A program made the position numbers and the translations under genes. Shown piece after piece: positions 41,253 through 51,749 of a stretch of 64,000 nucleotides of DNA. The first letter of the stretch is position 1, and each line of letters starts with the position of its first letter. The notes beneath the pieces were generated by a model. That model had not been told where the DNA came from, did not search any database, and saw only the letters and a list, made by a program, of their open reading frames with translations. Origin of the DNA: Paraspadella gotoi (Eukaryota; Animalia; Chaetognatha); contig CM119263.1 in NCBI GenBank assembly GCA_051294375.1, positions 3,494,785 to 3,558,784 on the forward strand, in the 5' to 3' direction.

Positions 41253-44100
41253 ATCAGTTGTACCGTCGGATGAATTGACGTTTGGTATCAAAAGAAACTC
41301 CAAGTTTGAATTCTTGTAAAAACTTGTTTATTTCGTCAATCGAACAGGGATTCTCTGGCCACTGTTTTCCTATAGCTAATAATTGATAAACGTGTAAAAC
41401 AGGAGCAACAAAGTTATTTTGCCTGTACTTTTTTTCTATCTGCATTAACGCCGCTGTACCGCGATGTTGAAACATGCCTCCGCCTCAAAGGCCGATGCTT
41501 GCGACAGCAACCCTTTAAGTTTTCATAAGCTTGCTTTTCTGGAAATTTGATTGAGCGCAGTCAAACTCAGCCTCTCATCAGGAACAACGTCGCTCAGTAC
41601 CAACGCACCATAGTCAATTTAGAGGTCAATCTGGTTAGCAATTGATTTTTCGTCATGAATTTTTAAAATCGGTGGTTGTTCTGTAGGTTTGTTTGCTAAA
41701 TTTTATTTCTGGAAACGATAAAACCCTCCCGAGGTATATGAACAATGAGAGGGTGTGTTTTTCGTGTGAAAATTTTCATTTGGAATCTCTCCCGAGATTT
41801 CCGTGATTTGCTTGAGCAGAACGTCACAATAAATTGATTCCCTTTTTTGTCAATCTGTGCGGTTTGACTGTTCCGGTTTTACTGATACTATGCGACATTT
41901 GTTCTACACTCATATATCCGGCCAAAATTGAAAAGTAAACCCAAAAATAACTCCTTAAAAGATTCCACATTAGGGTTACAAGCATCTTTTTGATTTTGTG
42001 GCCCGCGACAAACAACTAGAGAGATCGAGGAATGCTTTTGACTGATAAGCCTTTTGTTTTTTTTTACTGGGTTTTTCTCGATTTGTAAACAGATATATCA
42101 CCACTTTGAAGCTACAATCCCGTTTTCCCAGTCCAATTCTTGTAGGATATTGACAAAATTTGTTAACGGATAATGAACAGAGAAAAAAGGTATTGTGGAA
42201 TTTCCTTGCTGGTAACAAATACATGGCCAATCTGATATTCCTCAGTATTCATCTCCCACGAGTCGGACGAAAATCTTGCTTTGGTCACGTGAGGAATTTG
42301 ATACCAACGTCTCCAGCTCACCACTTCTGCACTGATGCAAAACAATGGAGCGGGATAACAAGAAACCAAGTTCTCAAATGATTTAAGACCGAAAGAGCAA
42401 TGTCTTTTTGTTTTTCATACATCCGAACAAAATATGTGTAAATGGATTCACGGACCCGCCTTCACTGGGTACCGTCCCATATTCATTCCTTCACTACATC
42501 AGAATTCACGTTTTAAATCGTTCATCCAGCTGGTTGAATTCACGTGATCCCCTCGTGCAATTTGTCCAAAAAGTCGCTATTAGCGTCGTCTTCACGTACA
42601 TACAAACTTTTCGGTCGAATTCTCACTAAATTTGAACGAACCTTCCCGACGAGCGAAGGTTTTTCAAGGCTTCCACGCCTACAGAATTTTCGAGAATAAA
42701 CGTAATGGTTCGGTTTAATTGAATCAGTCGCTTCAATCTTTGAAAATCTTATCGCTCAAGTTCGGCTTCTCTCCTGAGGCACCCGGGCACAGAGATGACA
42801 AAGGATTTGGAATTGCGACGGGCGAGACAAAGATGTCGACGAGGAAACGATCGTCTAAAAATGGAACTTTTTTCGTCAAAATCATCTGATCGCGGATTGC
42901 CCTCTCCGGCTTTCTGATCTTTTAAAAGCTTCCAGTCTAGTTCTTTCGTATCCAACGTGTTCGAGTCTCGACGAGCAGATTCCGAATTTGAACGTGGACG
43001 AAATTCGATGGAAGACCCGTCGTGGGTGGCGACCACGAGTGGGCCGCTCCCTTTTTTCATAATGCGACAACCCCACGACTAGCGCGGGGATGAAGCGATG
43101 AGGATGATGGTGACCAGGATGATCGACCACGAAATTGGGCGATGAGGACTTGGAGCCCGGAAGTCGGCTCTACCGGACGATCTACTCGGGAGAAACGAAA
43201 GGTTCAGAGATGACTTTATTAAGCGGTTCTTGCGAGAGAAATCATCTTCGAAGGGTTCGAGACAATGATGAAAAGGAGCGGATGGTTGGCGGTGGTGTTG
43301 GCAGCGACGTGTTCGGTTGCTGCATCGGCTCCGCAGCGGCGTCAACAGCAGAGCGTCGAATGCGGCGACCCAAAGATGATCACAATCGCTTGATCGTCTC
43401 GACTTGAAAAAGTCTCCTGGACGAGAATTCGAAATCCGATTTCTCAAAGCGAAGACCAAATTCGAGCACTCGATGCTCGCGGACATCGGAAGAGAACGAA
43501 GAGCGTGGCTTTGTTGTCGTTATTGTCCATTGTCATATTTCAATCATAGCTTTAGTCCATTCATTTTCGGTTTCGTTCCACAACTGCAGTTTTGTCGTTC
43601 GTGGCTTTTTTCGTCGTCGGCATCGATCGAACAATTGCGAAATCGGCTACAGAGGCGCCAACGAACAGCTCGTCCCGTCGGGCAACCGACCCTCGGATAG
43701 AGGCGAGTCCGCCGGGCAGGAAATGAGAGGAAGGACGGATGGCTGAGAGGCTGAGTGAAATTCGGCCGGCTGCGGCGGCGGGGGGGCGGCGGCTGCGGCG
43801 GAGAATGGCGTCCGACGAAGAGGGCGCCGTCGAGTGAAGACGCGCGAAGGATGGGATCAGCCATCGAGTTTCCACGAAGACGCCGGAAGTGGGCGTGGCA
43901 TCGAAAGTAGGCGTGGCATCATCAGAAGTGGCGTGGGTCGGAAGTATTACTTAGGCCGCAAGTGAGTTTTTGACTCAGAAAGGTAAGACAGCATGGGATT
44001 AGGACGGGATCGGGTAAGTGTCATTGTTGTTGTTGAATGATGTAGCCGGCTGTCCTGACTGTAAAAAGCCAAAACAAGCGCAAGACGGGAAAAAAGTCAT
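41253..44100 (-). pseudogene. Frameshifted, 3'-truncated inverted copy of receptor-protease paralogue 1 (codons 1 to ~938); probably an assembly artefact
   Basis: Reverse complement of 51750-54562. ORF-track fragments (MFQHRGTAALMQIEK..., YPAPLFCISAEV..., MKKGSG...IEFRPRS) match paralogue 1 in shifting frames. It ends next to the N-gap at 41218-41242, before the catalytic Asp and Ser. Confidence 0.75.
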
Positions 44101-44894
44101 TTTTAATATTAGAGAATATTCAGAGATATTTTTTTAGTATTTTGGATTTGGATAATTTTTTTTTATAAAAACAATCTAATGCTTTTATTAAGTTATGGCT
44201 CAAATAATTTATCATAATTCGAGTTAAATAATTTTTAGTCGTTGCAGTTTATTGGGAAAAGTTGATCAAGCACCTTTTAATATACTGGAATCACTGCGCA
44301 AAATAATTAGCTGCGGGAAAACCAGTTTTGTTATGAGTCATGATTACCGGGGCCTTTTTTTCGTAAACCGAGGAAAAAACAGCTTCGTAGAATGATTGAG
44401 AAATTTGTTAATAAACAAAAGGCAAATGAGCAGGAAAAAGCTAATGTAAAATAAAGCCATTTTGAAAAACTTTGATGAATATAATGGTACAACGAATTAA
44501 AAAAAATATCATTCATATAAATAGGATATTTTTAGAAGGAAGCAAAAAAGTAGCATTCTGAAATTACATACAATACTTTATGATACATCTGCTCTTTTTA
44601 CCATTATTAGATTGAAACGCTAGCAATATTTTTCTTTCTTTAAAATTCCCTTCTTTTTTCCATATTTTAATTGTATGCTCTCTTTTTTGGAGCAACATAC
44701 TTCTATTTCGCCATAACTGTTTGAGGTTTAGTCTTTTTTATTTTTTATTGAAACTATTCTTTATTCCGTTTCCCACCGTTTGACTTCTTATAGAAAGGCA
44801 ATCCTTAGTGACTAAATCCCTATTGTTTAAAATAGACTTATAATTGAATGAATGATTAATTGTCCGCGAGAAGAATAAAGATTTCAATGCGGTT

Positions 44895-44939
<45 letters not shown>

Positions 44940-45127
44940 GTGAACTCAATTTCCGATGAAAGTCGATTCCGTAATACTTTGTTTACCATGCTCATGATAA
45001 CCAAACTTAAAACTTTTTAAGTGAAAAAAATTGGAAAAAGTTGGGGGGAGAGGAAAAAAGAAAAGAAAAAAGGGAGGAAAAAAAAAAGGGGAAGAAAGGG
45101 GGGAGAGGGGAGAAGAAAGAGGAAGGA

Positions 45128-45161
<34 letters not shown>

Positions 45162-45893
45162 AAAGAAATCTGAATTAAGAATTACCGCGCCCTGGAAGAA
45201 TAGAATTCAGGCTCGACTTTCGGAAAAAACAGATTTTGACCGAAATCAAAAGTCGATGAAAAATTCGGATTAATATTTTTCAAATTATTATATTTTCATA
45301 TATACGTCCCGAACATATTTGTTCATAAGGATCAGTTTAAATCGATCATCAATGCTTTTTGCGTCTCTTCTTTTTTCGTCAAGACAAACTTTGTTATTTT
45401 AACCCTGAATTTTAAATAACTTGACAAAATCCCCCCCAAAAATTCAAAAAATCCATGAACAATAATTTTTAAATGTTGGACAAGTTGTTCTTTCTTTCTT
45501 GCTTCCCTCTCCCCCGGACTCGCTTGACAAAAAAGTATTCATTATTCCAAGTCATTAATTTTGCTTACAGCATTATTACGAATAAAAAAAAAGTTGCTAA
45601 ACCGCTAGAATAAAAAATACGTCCTTGTGTCATTTATCTATTCTTTTTTTGTTATGATTTTTATATTCTCTTTCTTAATTAAATAATATCAATATCATAA
45701 TTTAATTTCCTTTTCATCGAATTTCATTTTCAATTAATTATTTCATGAATTCATTCTTTGTTCCATTTACTAATGGATTCGTTTAAATTTGTTTTCATTC
45801 ATGAGTTTAAATCGTTAAATTCATTAATTCGAATTATGTGATTCACGCCCCTCTCGATTCCTATCAGCGTTCCCAATAACCCTTCAATAAAGA

Positions 45894-46727
45894 TGGCTCT
45901 CATGTCAACAAGAACTTTCGAACACCGGGTCGAATTTTCGCCCGGTTGGCGTGGTGGCGTGGTGATTGGTGAGGCTGGGGCATCAAAACGGGTCTGGTGG
46001 TGACGCACTTTTCTCACGCGCGCGCCATCTTCGACTATTGGTGGCGCTGGACGCGCTGAACGCGGCGCTGCTGGAATCTGCGTCTGGTTGGCGTACGCGG
46101 CAATTTCATTGGATCAAGAGGCCCACCGGAAAAAGAGGTGGAGTGGACTTTGAATTTAAGGGTAAGTTGGAGAATGGTGAGGTTATGGGTGAGGGTAAGG
46201 TGAGGCAGAAGAGGGTAAGTCTTAAGCGGAGAGGTTTGGGGTATGGTAAAGAGGAAAAGGGCAAGGAAATGAATCGTACAATAAAATGGATACCAAAGTC
46301 TTAGGTTTTTGCAATGCGGGTCTGAAAAATATTAGAGAGATTCGTTAAAAAAGTTTGTCTAATATACAAATTTGTATCCATATTTATTTTTGTTTAAAAT
46401 TTAAAACTTCGGCGAGGGAAAATCGAAAAACTAACGAAGCTCCTCACTTTTTTCAAAAGCCTCTCAGAAATAGGATTAAGAATTCAAAAATAAGTAAAAT
46501 ATAACTGTAAATAAGACTTTATTTAACTTACCTTTCCCTCCGCAGCTGGAAGTGACGAGCGCGGTCCACCCGGAGTGGATGATCTTCTTTCCCTTCTTCT
46601 GCTACACTTTCTAAAGCGTCGTCAGCCTCTTTGTCAAGAGTTTGTGCTCATTTTTGTGGAAGATTTCGACGACGATCCCTTGAGGAAAAGAGCACAAAGG
46701 TTAGAAAGAAAGAAAGAGAGAGATAGA

Positions 46728-46764
<37 letters not shown>

Positions 46765-47385
46765 AATAGGGAGAGATAGAAGAGAGAGATAGAGAGAGAG
46801 AGCAAAACACAATCCTTTGTCCTCAATGCCCAGGAATTCCGCGAGAACTCTGCAGATTCGCCTTGGACTCACGGCCCTCATCTTCTTCTTCTTCTCCCTC
46901 TGTTCACCAAAACGCTCACCCGAATCACGTGAGGAAACATCTCATTGGACAACTTGGCCGGTGAGCCAAACGGGGGGGGGAGAGTGTATTTTTGGCAAGG
47001 TGGCGAGGTCTTTTGATTTCCTGATTTTTTTTTTTTTCTGTTTAGTTACTTGAACTCTGAGTTATTGTGAAGTACTGCTGAGCAAGACGTTTCGATTTTC
47101 TAACTTGTCTAATTTGAAAAACCAGTCATCATTATTTTTTTCTTTATAAGCTATTCTCCTCTTCCATTCGGAGCACAGTGATCTTTTCCTCCAGGAATTG
47201 GTGACTTCCTCGACGTCCTTAGACAACAGTGGAATTCTTAGAACTTCTCTTCGACGATGTCCGTGAAAACTCCGCAAGGATATCTCGTCTGCGTGATGGT
47301 CTTTTCTTGCCGTCGCTTCTCTTCGTCCCTTGCATCGCAAATTCTCGATCTCAGCGAAAGCAATTTTGGCGCCAGCCCTCTGACA
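45894..47385 (+). pseudogene. Indel-riddled inverted copy of TMEM121-like exons 1-4 (probably a noisy-read duplicate)
   Basis: Reverse complement of 48515-49953 with scattered single-base indels; same exon and intron layout. Confidence 0.6.
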
Positions 47386-47852
47386 GGTGATAGATTTGTC
47401 CGGCTTGTCAGCGCGAATATGGCGCATAGGCCCTCTGACAGGTGATAGATTTGTCGGCTTTTGTCAGCGTTAATACGGCGCTAGGCCCTCTGACAGGTAT
47501 AGATTTGTCAGACTTGTCAGCTCTAAATACGGCGCCAGGCCGTCCTGAGCAGATTTTCGGTGCTCTTATGATGCCTGACCTTTTGATAAGGTAACAGTCT
47601 CTGCAATGCTCTTATGGTGGCTAGGGTCCGTTTGACTCGGCCAGTCTTTCAGTGCTTACGGGGGCTAAGCAACAGTAAACAGCCTCGCCAGCGTTATTTA
47701 GGTGGTCAGACAATCTGGTCGCTAACAGGTTTGTCAGAAAGGAGCTGAGGACTTTGAATTTGACAATATGAATTTATAATTGTACCGATATTTTCCTATG
47801 TATAAATATCAACCCTATTTTTAAATCACCAACATACTCATACCTTACCCAG

Positions 47853-47958
47853 ACAGCCCTCCACGCCCTCTTCCTATCAGATGAACCTCGCCTTCGTCAA
47901 CGTTCTTACCTCGTCGTCCGCGTTCTCACCAAACTTCATCATCGTCATCAATCACGTC
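47853..47958 (+). CDS. Partial next exon of the TMEM121-like gene, lying in the spacer of the large inverted repeat
   Basis: Acceptor ttacccag, then ...YQMNLAFVNV[P]YLVVRVLTKLH after one 1-nt indel correction. This fits the last-helix N+P+L.+R motif of the family and is oriented as the continuation of the left-arm copy. Confidence 0.55.
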
Positions 47959-48339
47959 GAGTATGATTGGGATTAAAATAGGGATTGATATTATACATAT
48001 GAAATCGGTACAATTATAAATTCTTGTTCAACTATAAATAAAATTCGTTGCAAACAAAAACTTCTTTTGATATCGTCTATACATAGGAAAAATCGGGTAC
48101 AATTATAAATCATAATTGTCAATTCAAAGTCTCAGCTCCTTTCTGACAAACCTGTTAGCGACCAGATTGTCTGACACCGAATTAACGGCTGGCTAGGTGT
48201 TACTGCATTGCTTTAGCCCCGTAATAGCCACTGAAAAGACTGTTGCCGGTCAAACGGCCCTAGCACCATAAGAGCATTGCAGAGCTCGTTACCTATCAAA
48301 AGGTCAGGCATCATAAGAGCACCAAAATCTGTCAGACGG

Positions 48340-48535
48340 CCTGGCGCCGTATTAGAGCTGACAAGCCTGACAAATCTATCACCTGTCAGAGGCCTAGCGC
48401 CGTATTAACNNNNNNNNNNNNNNNNNNNNNNNNNGCTGACAAAGCCGACAAATCTATCACCTGTCAGAGGGCCTAGCGCCATATTCGCGCTGACAAAGCC
48501 GACAAATCTATCACCTGTCAGAGGGCCTGGCGCCA
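48340..48535 (-). repeat. ~52-bp tandem repeat that includes the exon 4 donor site of the TMEM121-like gene (mirrored at 47366-47555)
   Basis: Unit GGCGC(C/T)AGGCCCTCTGACAG|GTGATAGATTTGTCGGCTTTGTCAGCGCGAATA, at least 3 copies, interrupted by an N-gap. Confidence 0.85.
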
Positions 48536-49079
48536 AAATTGCTTTTGCTGAGATCGAGAATTGCGATGCAAGGGACGAAGAGAGCGACGCAAGAAAAGAC
48601 CATCACGCAGACGAGATATTCTTGCGGAGTTTCACGGACATCGTCGAAGAGAAGTTCTAAGAATTCCACTGTGTCTAAGACGTCGAGGGTCACCATTCCT
48701 GGAGGAAAAGATCACTGTGCTCGAATGGAAGAGAGAATAGCGATAAAGAAACAAATAATGATGACTGGTTTTTCAAATTAGTCAAGTTAGAAAATCGAAA
48801 CGTCTTGCTCGCAGTAACTTCACAATAACTCAGAGTTCAGTAACTAAACATAAAAAAAAAAATCAGGAGATCAAAAGCACCTCGCCACCTTGCCAAATAC
48901 ACTCTCCCCCCCGTTTGCTCACCGGCCAAGTTGTCCATGAGATGTTTCCTCACGTGATTCGGGTGAGCGTTTTGGTGACAGAGGGAGAAGAAGAAGAAGA
49001 TGAGGGCCGTGAGTCCAAGGCGAATCTGCAGAGTCTCGCGGAATTCCTGGGACATTGAGGACAAAGGATTGTGGTTTTG

Positions 49080-49110
<31 letters not shown>

Positions 49111-49111
49111 C

Positions 49112-49147
<36 letters not shown>

Positions 49148-49953
49148 TTCTCTCTAACCTTTGTGCTCTTTTCCTCAAGGATGTCGTCGAAATCTTCCAC
49201 AAAAATGAGCACAACTCTGACAAAGAGGCTGACGACGTAGAAAGTGTAGCAGAAGAAGGGAAAGAAGATCATCCACTCCGGTGTGGTCACCGCGCTCGTC
49301 AACTTCCAAGCTGCGGAGGAAAAGGTAAGTTAAATAAAGTCTTATTTACAGTTATATTTACTTATTTTTTGAATTCTTAATCCGATTTCTGAGAGCTTTT
49401 GAAAAAAAGTAAGGAGCTTCGTTAGTTTTCGATATTCCCACGAAGTTTTAAATTTAAACAAAAATAAAGATGAATACAAATTTTATTATTAGACAAACTT
49501 TTTTAACGAATCTCTTTAATATTTTTCAGAACCCGATGCAAAACCTAAGACTTTGGTATCCATTATTGTCCGGTCCATTTCCTTGCCCTTTTCCTCTTTA
49601 CCATATCCCAAACCTCTTCGCTAAGACTTACCCTCTTCTGTCTCACCTTACCCCTCGACCCATAACCTCACCCTCTCGCACTTACCCTTAAATTCAAAGT
49701 CCACCTCCACCTCTTTCTTCCGATGCCGCTTGATCCAATGAATTGCCGCGTACGCCAACCAGACGCAGATTCCCAGCAGCGCCGCGTTCAGCGCGTCCAG
49801 CGCCACCAATACGTCGAAGATGGCGCGCGCGTGAGAAAAGTGCGTCACCACCAGACCGTTGATGCCCCAGCCTTGTACCATCACCAACGCCACCAACGCC
49901 AACCGGGCGAAAATTCGACCCGCGTGTTCGAAAGTTTTGTGACATGAGAGCAT
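48515..49953 (-). CDS. TMEM121/CECR6-family multi-pass membrane protein, exons 1-4 (49953-49686, 49310-49159, 49046-48923, 48698-48515); 3' part cut by the fold-back
   Basis: All junctions are GT-AG and phase-compatible (1,0,1). Spliced product: MLSCHKTFEHAGRIFARLALVALVMVQGWGINGLVV...AWKLTSAVTTPEWMIFFPFFCYTFYVVSLFVRVVLIF...EFRETLQIRLGLTALIFFFFSLCHQNAHPNHVRKHLMDNLAGMVTLDVLDTVEFLELLF...VPCIAILDLSKSNFG. The V.LD.LD and PC.A+..+S motifs match TMEM121 (human VALDLLDLLD, LPCVALSEVS, from memory). Confidence 0.75.
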
Positions 49954-50911
49954 CTTTATTGAAGGGTTATTGGAACGCTGATAGGAATCGAGAGGGGGGT
50001 GAATTCACATAAAATCGAATTAATGAATTTAAACGAATTTAAACTCATGAATGAAAACAAATTAAACGAATCCATTAGTAAATGGAACAAAGAATGAATT
50101 CATTGAAATAATTAATTGAAAATGAAATCGATGAAAAAGAAATTAAATTATGATATTGATATTATTAATTAAGAAAGAGAATATTAAAAATCATAACAAA
50201 AAAAGAATAGATAAATGACACAAGGACGTATTTTTTATTCTAGCGGTTAGAACTTTTTTTTTAATTCGTAATAATGCTGTAAGCGAAAATTAATGACTTG
50301 GGAATAATGAATACTTTTTTGGCAAGCGAGTCCGGGGGAGAGGAAGCAAGAAAAGAAAGAACAACTTGTCCAACATTAAAAATTATTGTTCATGATTTTT
50401 TGAATTTTTGGGGGGGATTTTGTCAAGTATTTAAAAATTCGGTAAAAATAACAAAAGTTTGTCTTGAACGAAAAAGAAGAGCACGCAAAAAGCATGATGA
50501 TGCCGATTTAACTGATCCTTATGAACAAATATGTCGCGGACGTATATATTTTTTTTAAAATAATAATAATTTGAAAAATATTAATCCGAAATTTTTCATC
50601 GACTTTGATTTCGGTCAAAATCTGTTTTTTCCGAAGTCGAGCTGAATTCTATTCTCCAGGGCGCGGTAATTCTTAATTCAGATTTCTTTTCTCTCTCTCT
50701 CTCTCTCTCTCTTCTCTCCTCTCTCTCCTTACCTCTTTCTTCTCTCTCTCCCCCTCTTCGTCCCCTTTTGTTCTCCTCTCCTTCTTGTCTCTCTGTTTCC
50801 TCTCCCCCCAACTTTTTCCAATTTTTTTCACTTAAAAAGTTTTAAGTTTGGTTATCATGAGCATGGTAAACAAAGAATTACGAATCGACTTTCACGGAAA
50901 TTGAGGTTCAC

Positions 50912-50956
<45 letters not shown>

Positions 50957-51524
50957 AACCGCATTGAAAATCTTTATCTTCTCGCGGAATAAATCATTCG
51001 CTCAACTATAAGTCTATTTTAACAATAGGGATTTAGTCACTAAGGAATTGCCTCTATAAGAAGTCAAACTACGGTGGAACGAATAAGAATAGTTTCAATA
51101 AAAAATAAAAAGTAACTAAACCTCAAACAGTTATGGGAAATAGAAGTATGTTGTCCCAAAAAAGAGAGCATACAATTAAAATATGGAAAAAAGAAGGGAA
51201 ATTATAAAGAAAAGAAAAATATTTGCTAGGTTTCAATCTTAATAATTGGTAAAAAGAGCAGATGTATCATAAAGATATGTATGTAATTTCAGAATTCTAC
51301 TTTTTTGCTTCCTTTTAAAAATATCCTATTTATATGAATGAATATTTTTTTTTAATTCGTTGTACCAATTTATATTCATCAAAGTTTTTCAAAATTGCTT
51401 TATTTTACATAGCTTTTCCTGCTCATTTGCCTTTTGTTTATTAACCAAAATTTCTCAATCATTCTTACGAAGCTTTTTTTCCGTTTACGAAAAAAAGGCC
51501 CGGTAATCATGACTCCTAACAAAC

Positions 51525-51573
51525 TGGTTTTCCCGCACTGAATATTTTGGGCAGTGATCCAGTATATAAAAGG
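51525..51573 (+). promoter_or_regulatory. Candidate core promoter of paralogue 1: TATA box plus upstream kB-like site
   Basis: TATATAAAAGG at 51563-51573, ~180 bp before the ATG. TGGTTTTCCC (GGGAAAACCA on -) at 51525-51534. Confidence 0.35.
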
Positions 51574-51749
51574 TGCTTGATCAACTTTTCCCAATAAACT
51601 GCAACGACTAAAAATCTATTTAACTCGAATTATGATAAATTTATTTGGAGCCATAAACTTAATAAAAGATTAAGGATTGTTTTTATAAAAAAAAATTATC
51701 AAATCAAAATACTAAAAAAATATCTCTGAATATTCTCTAATATTAAAAA

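Noticed and set aside
47366-48535. Regularly spaced ~52-bp repeats resembling a CRISPR array
   Set aside because: Units are tandem with no unique spacers, there are no cas genes, and the context is a eukaryotic intron.
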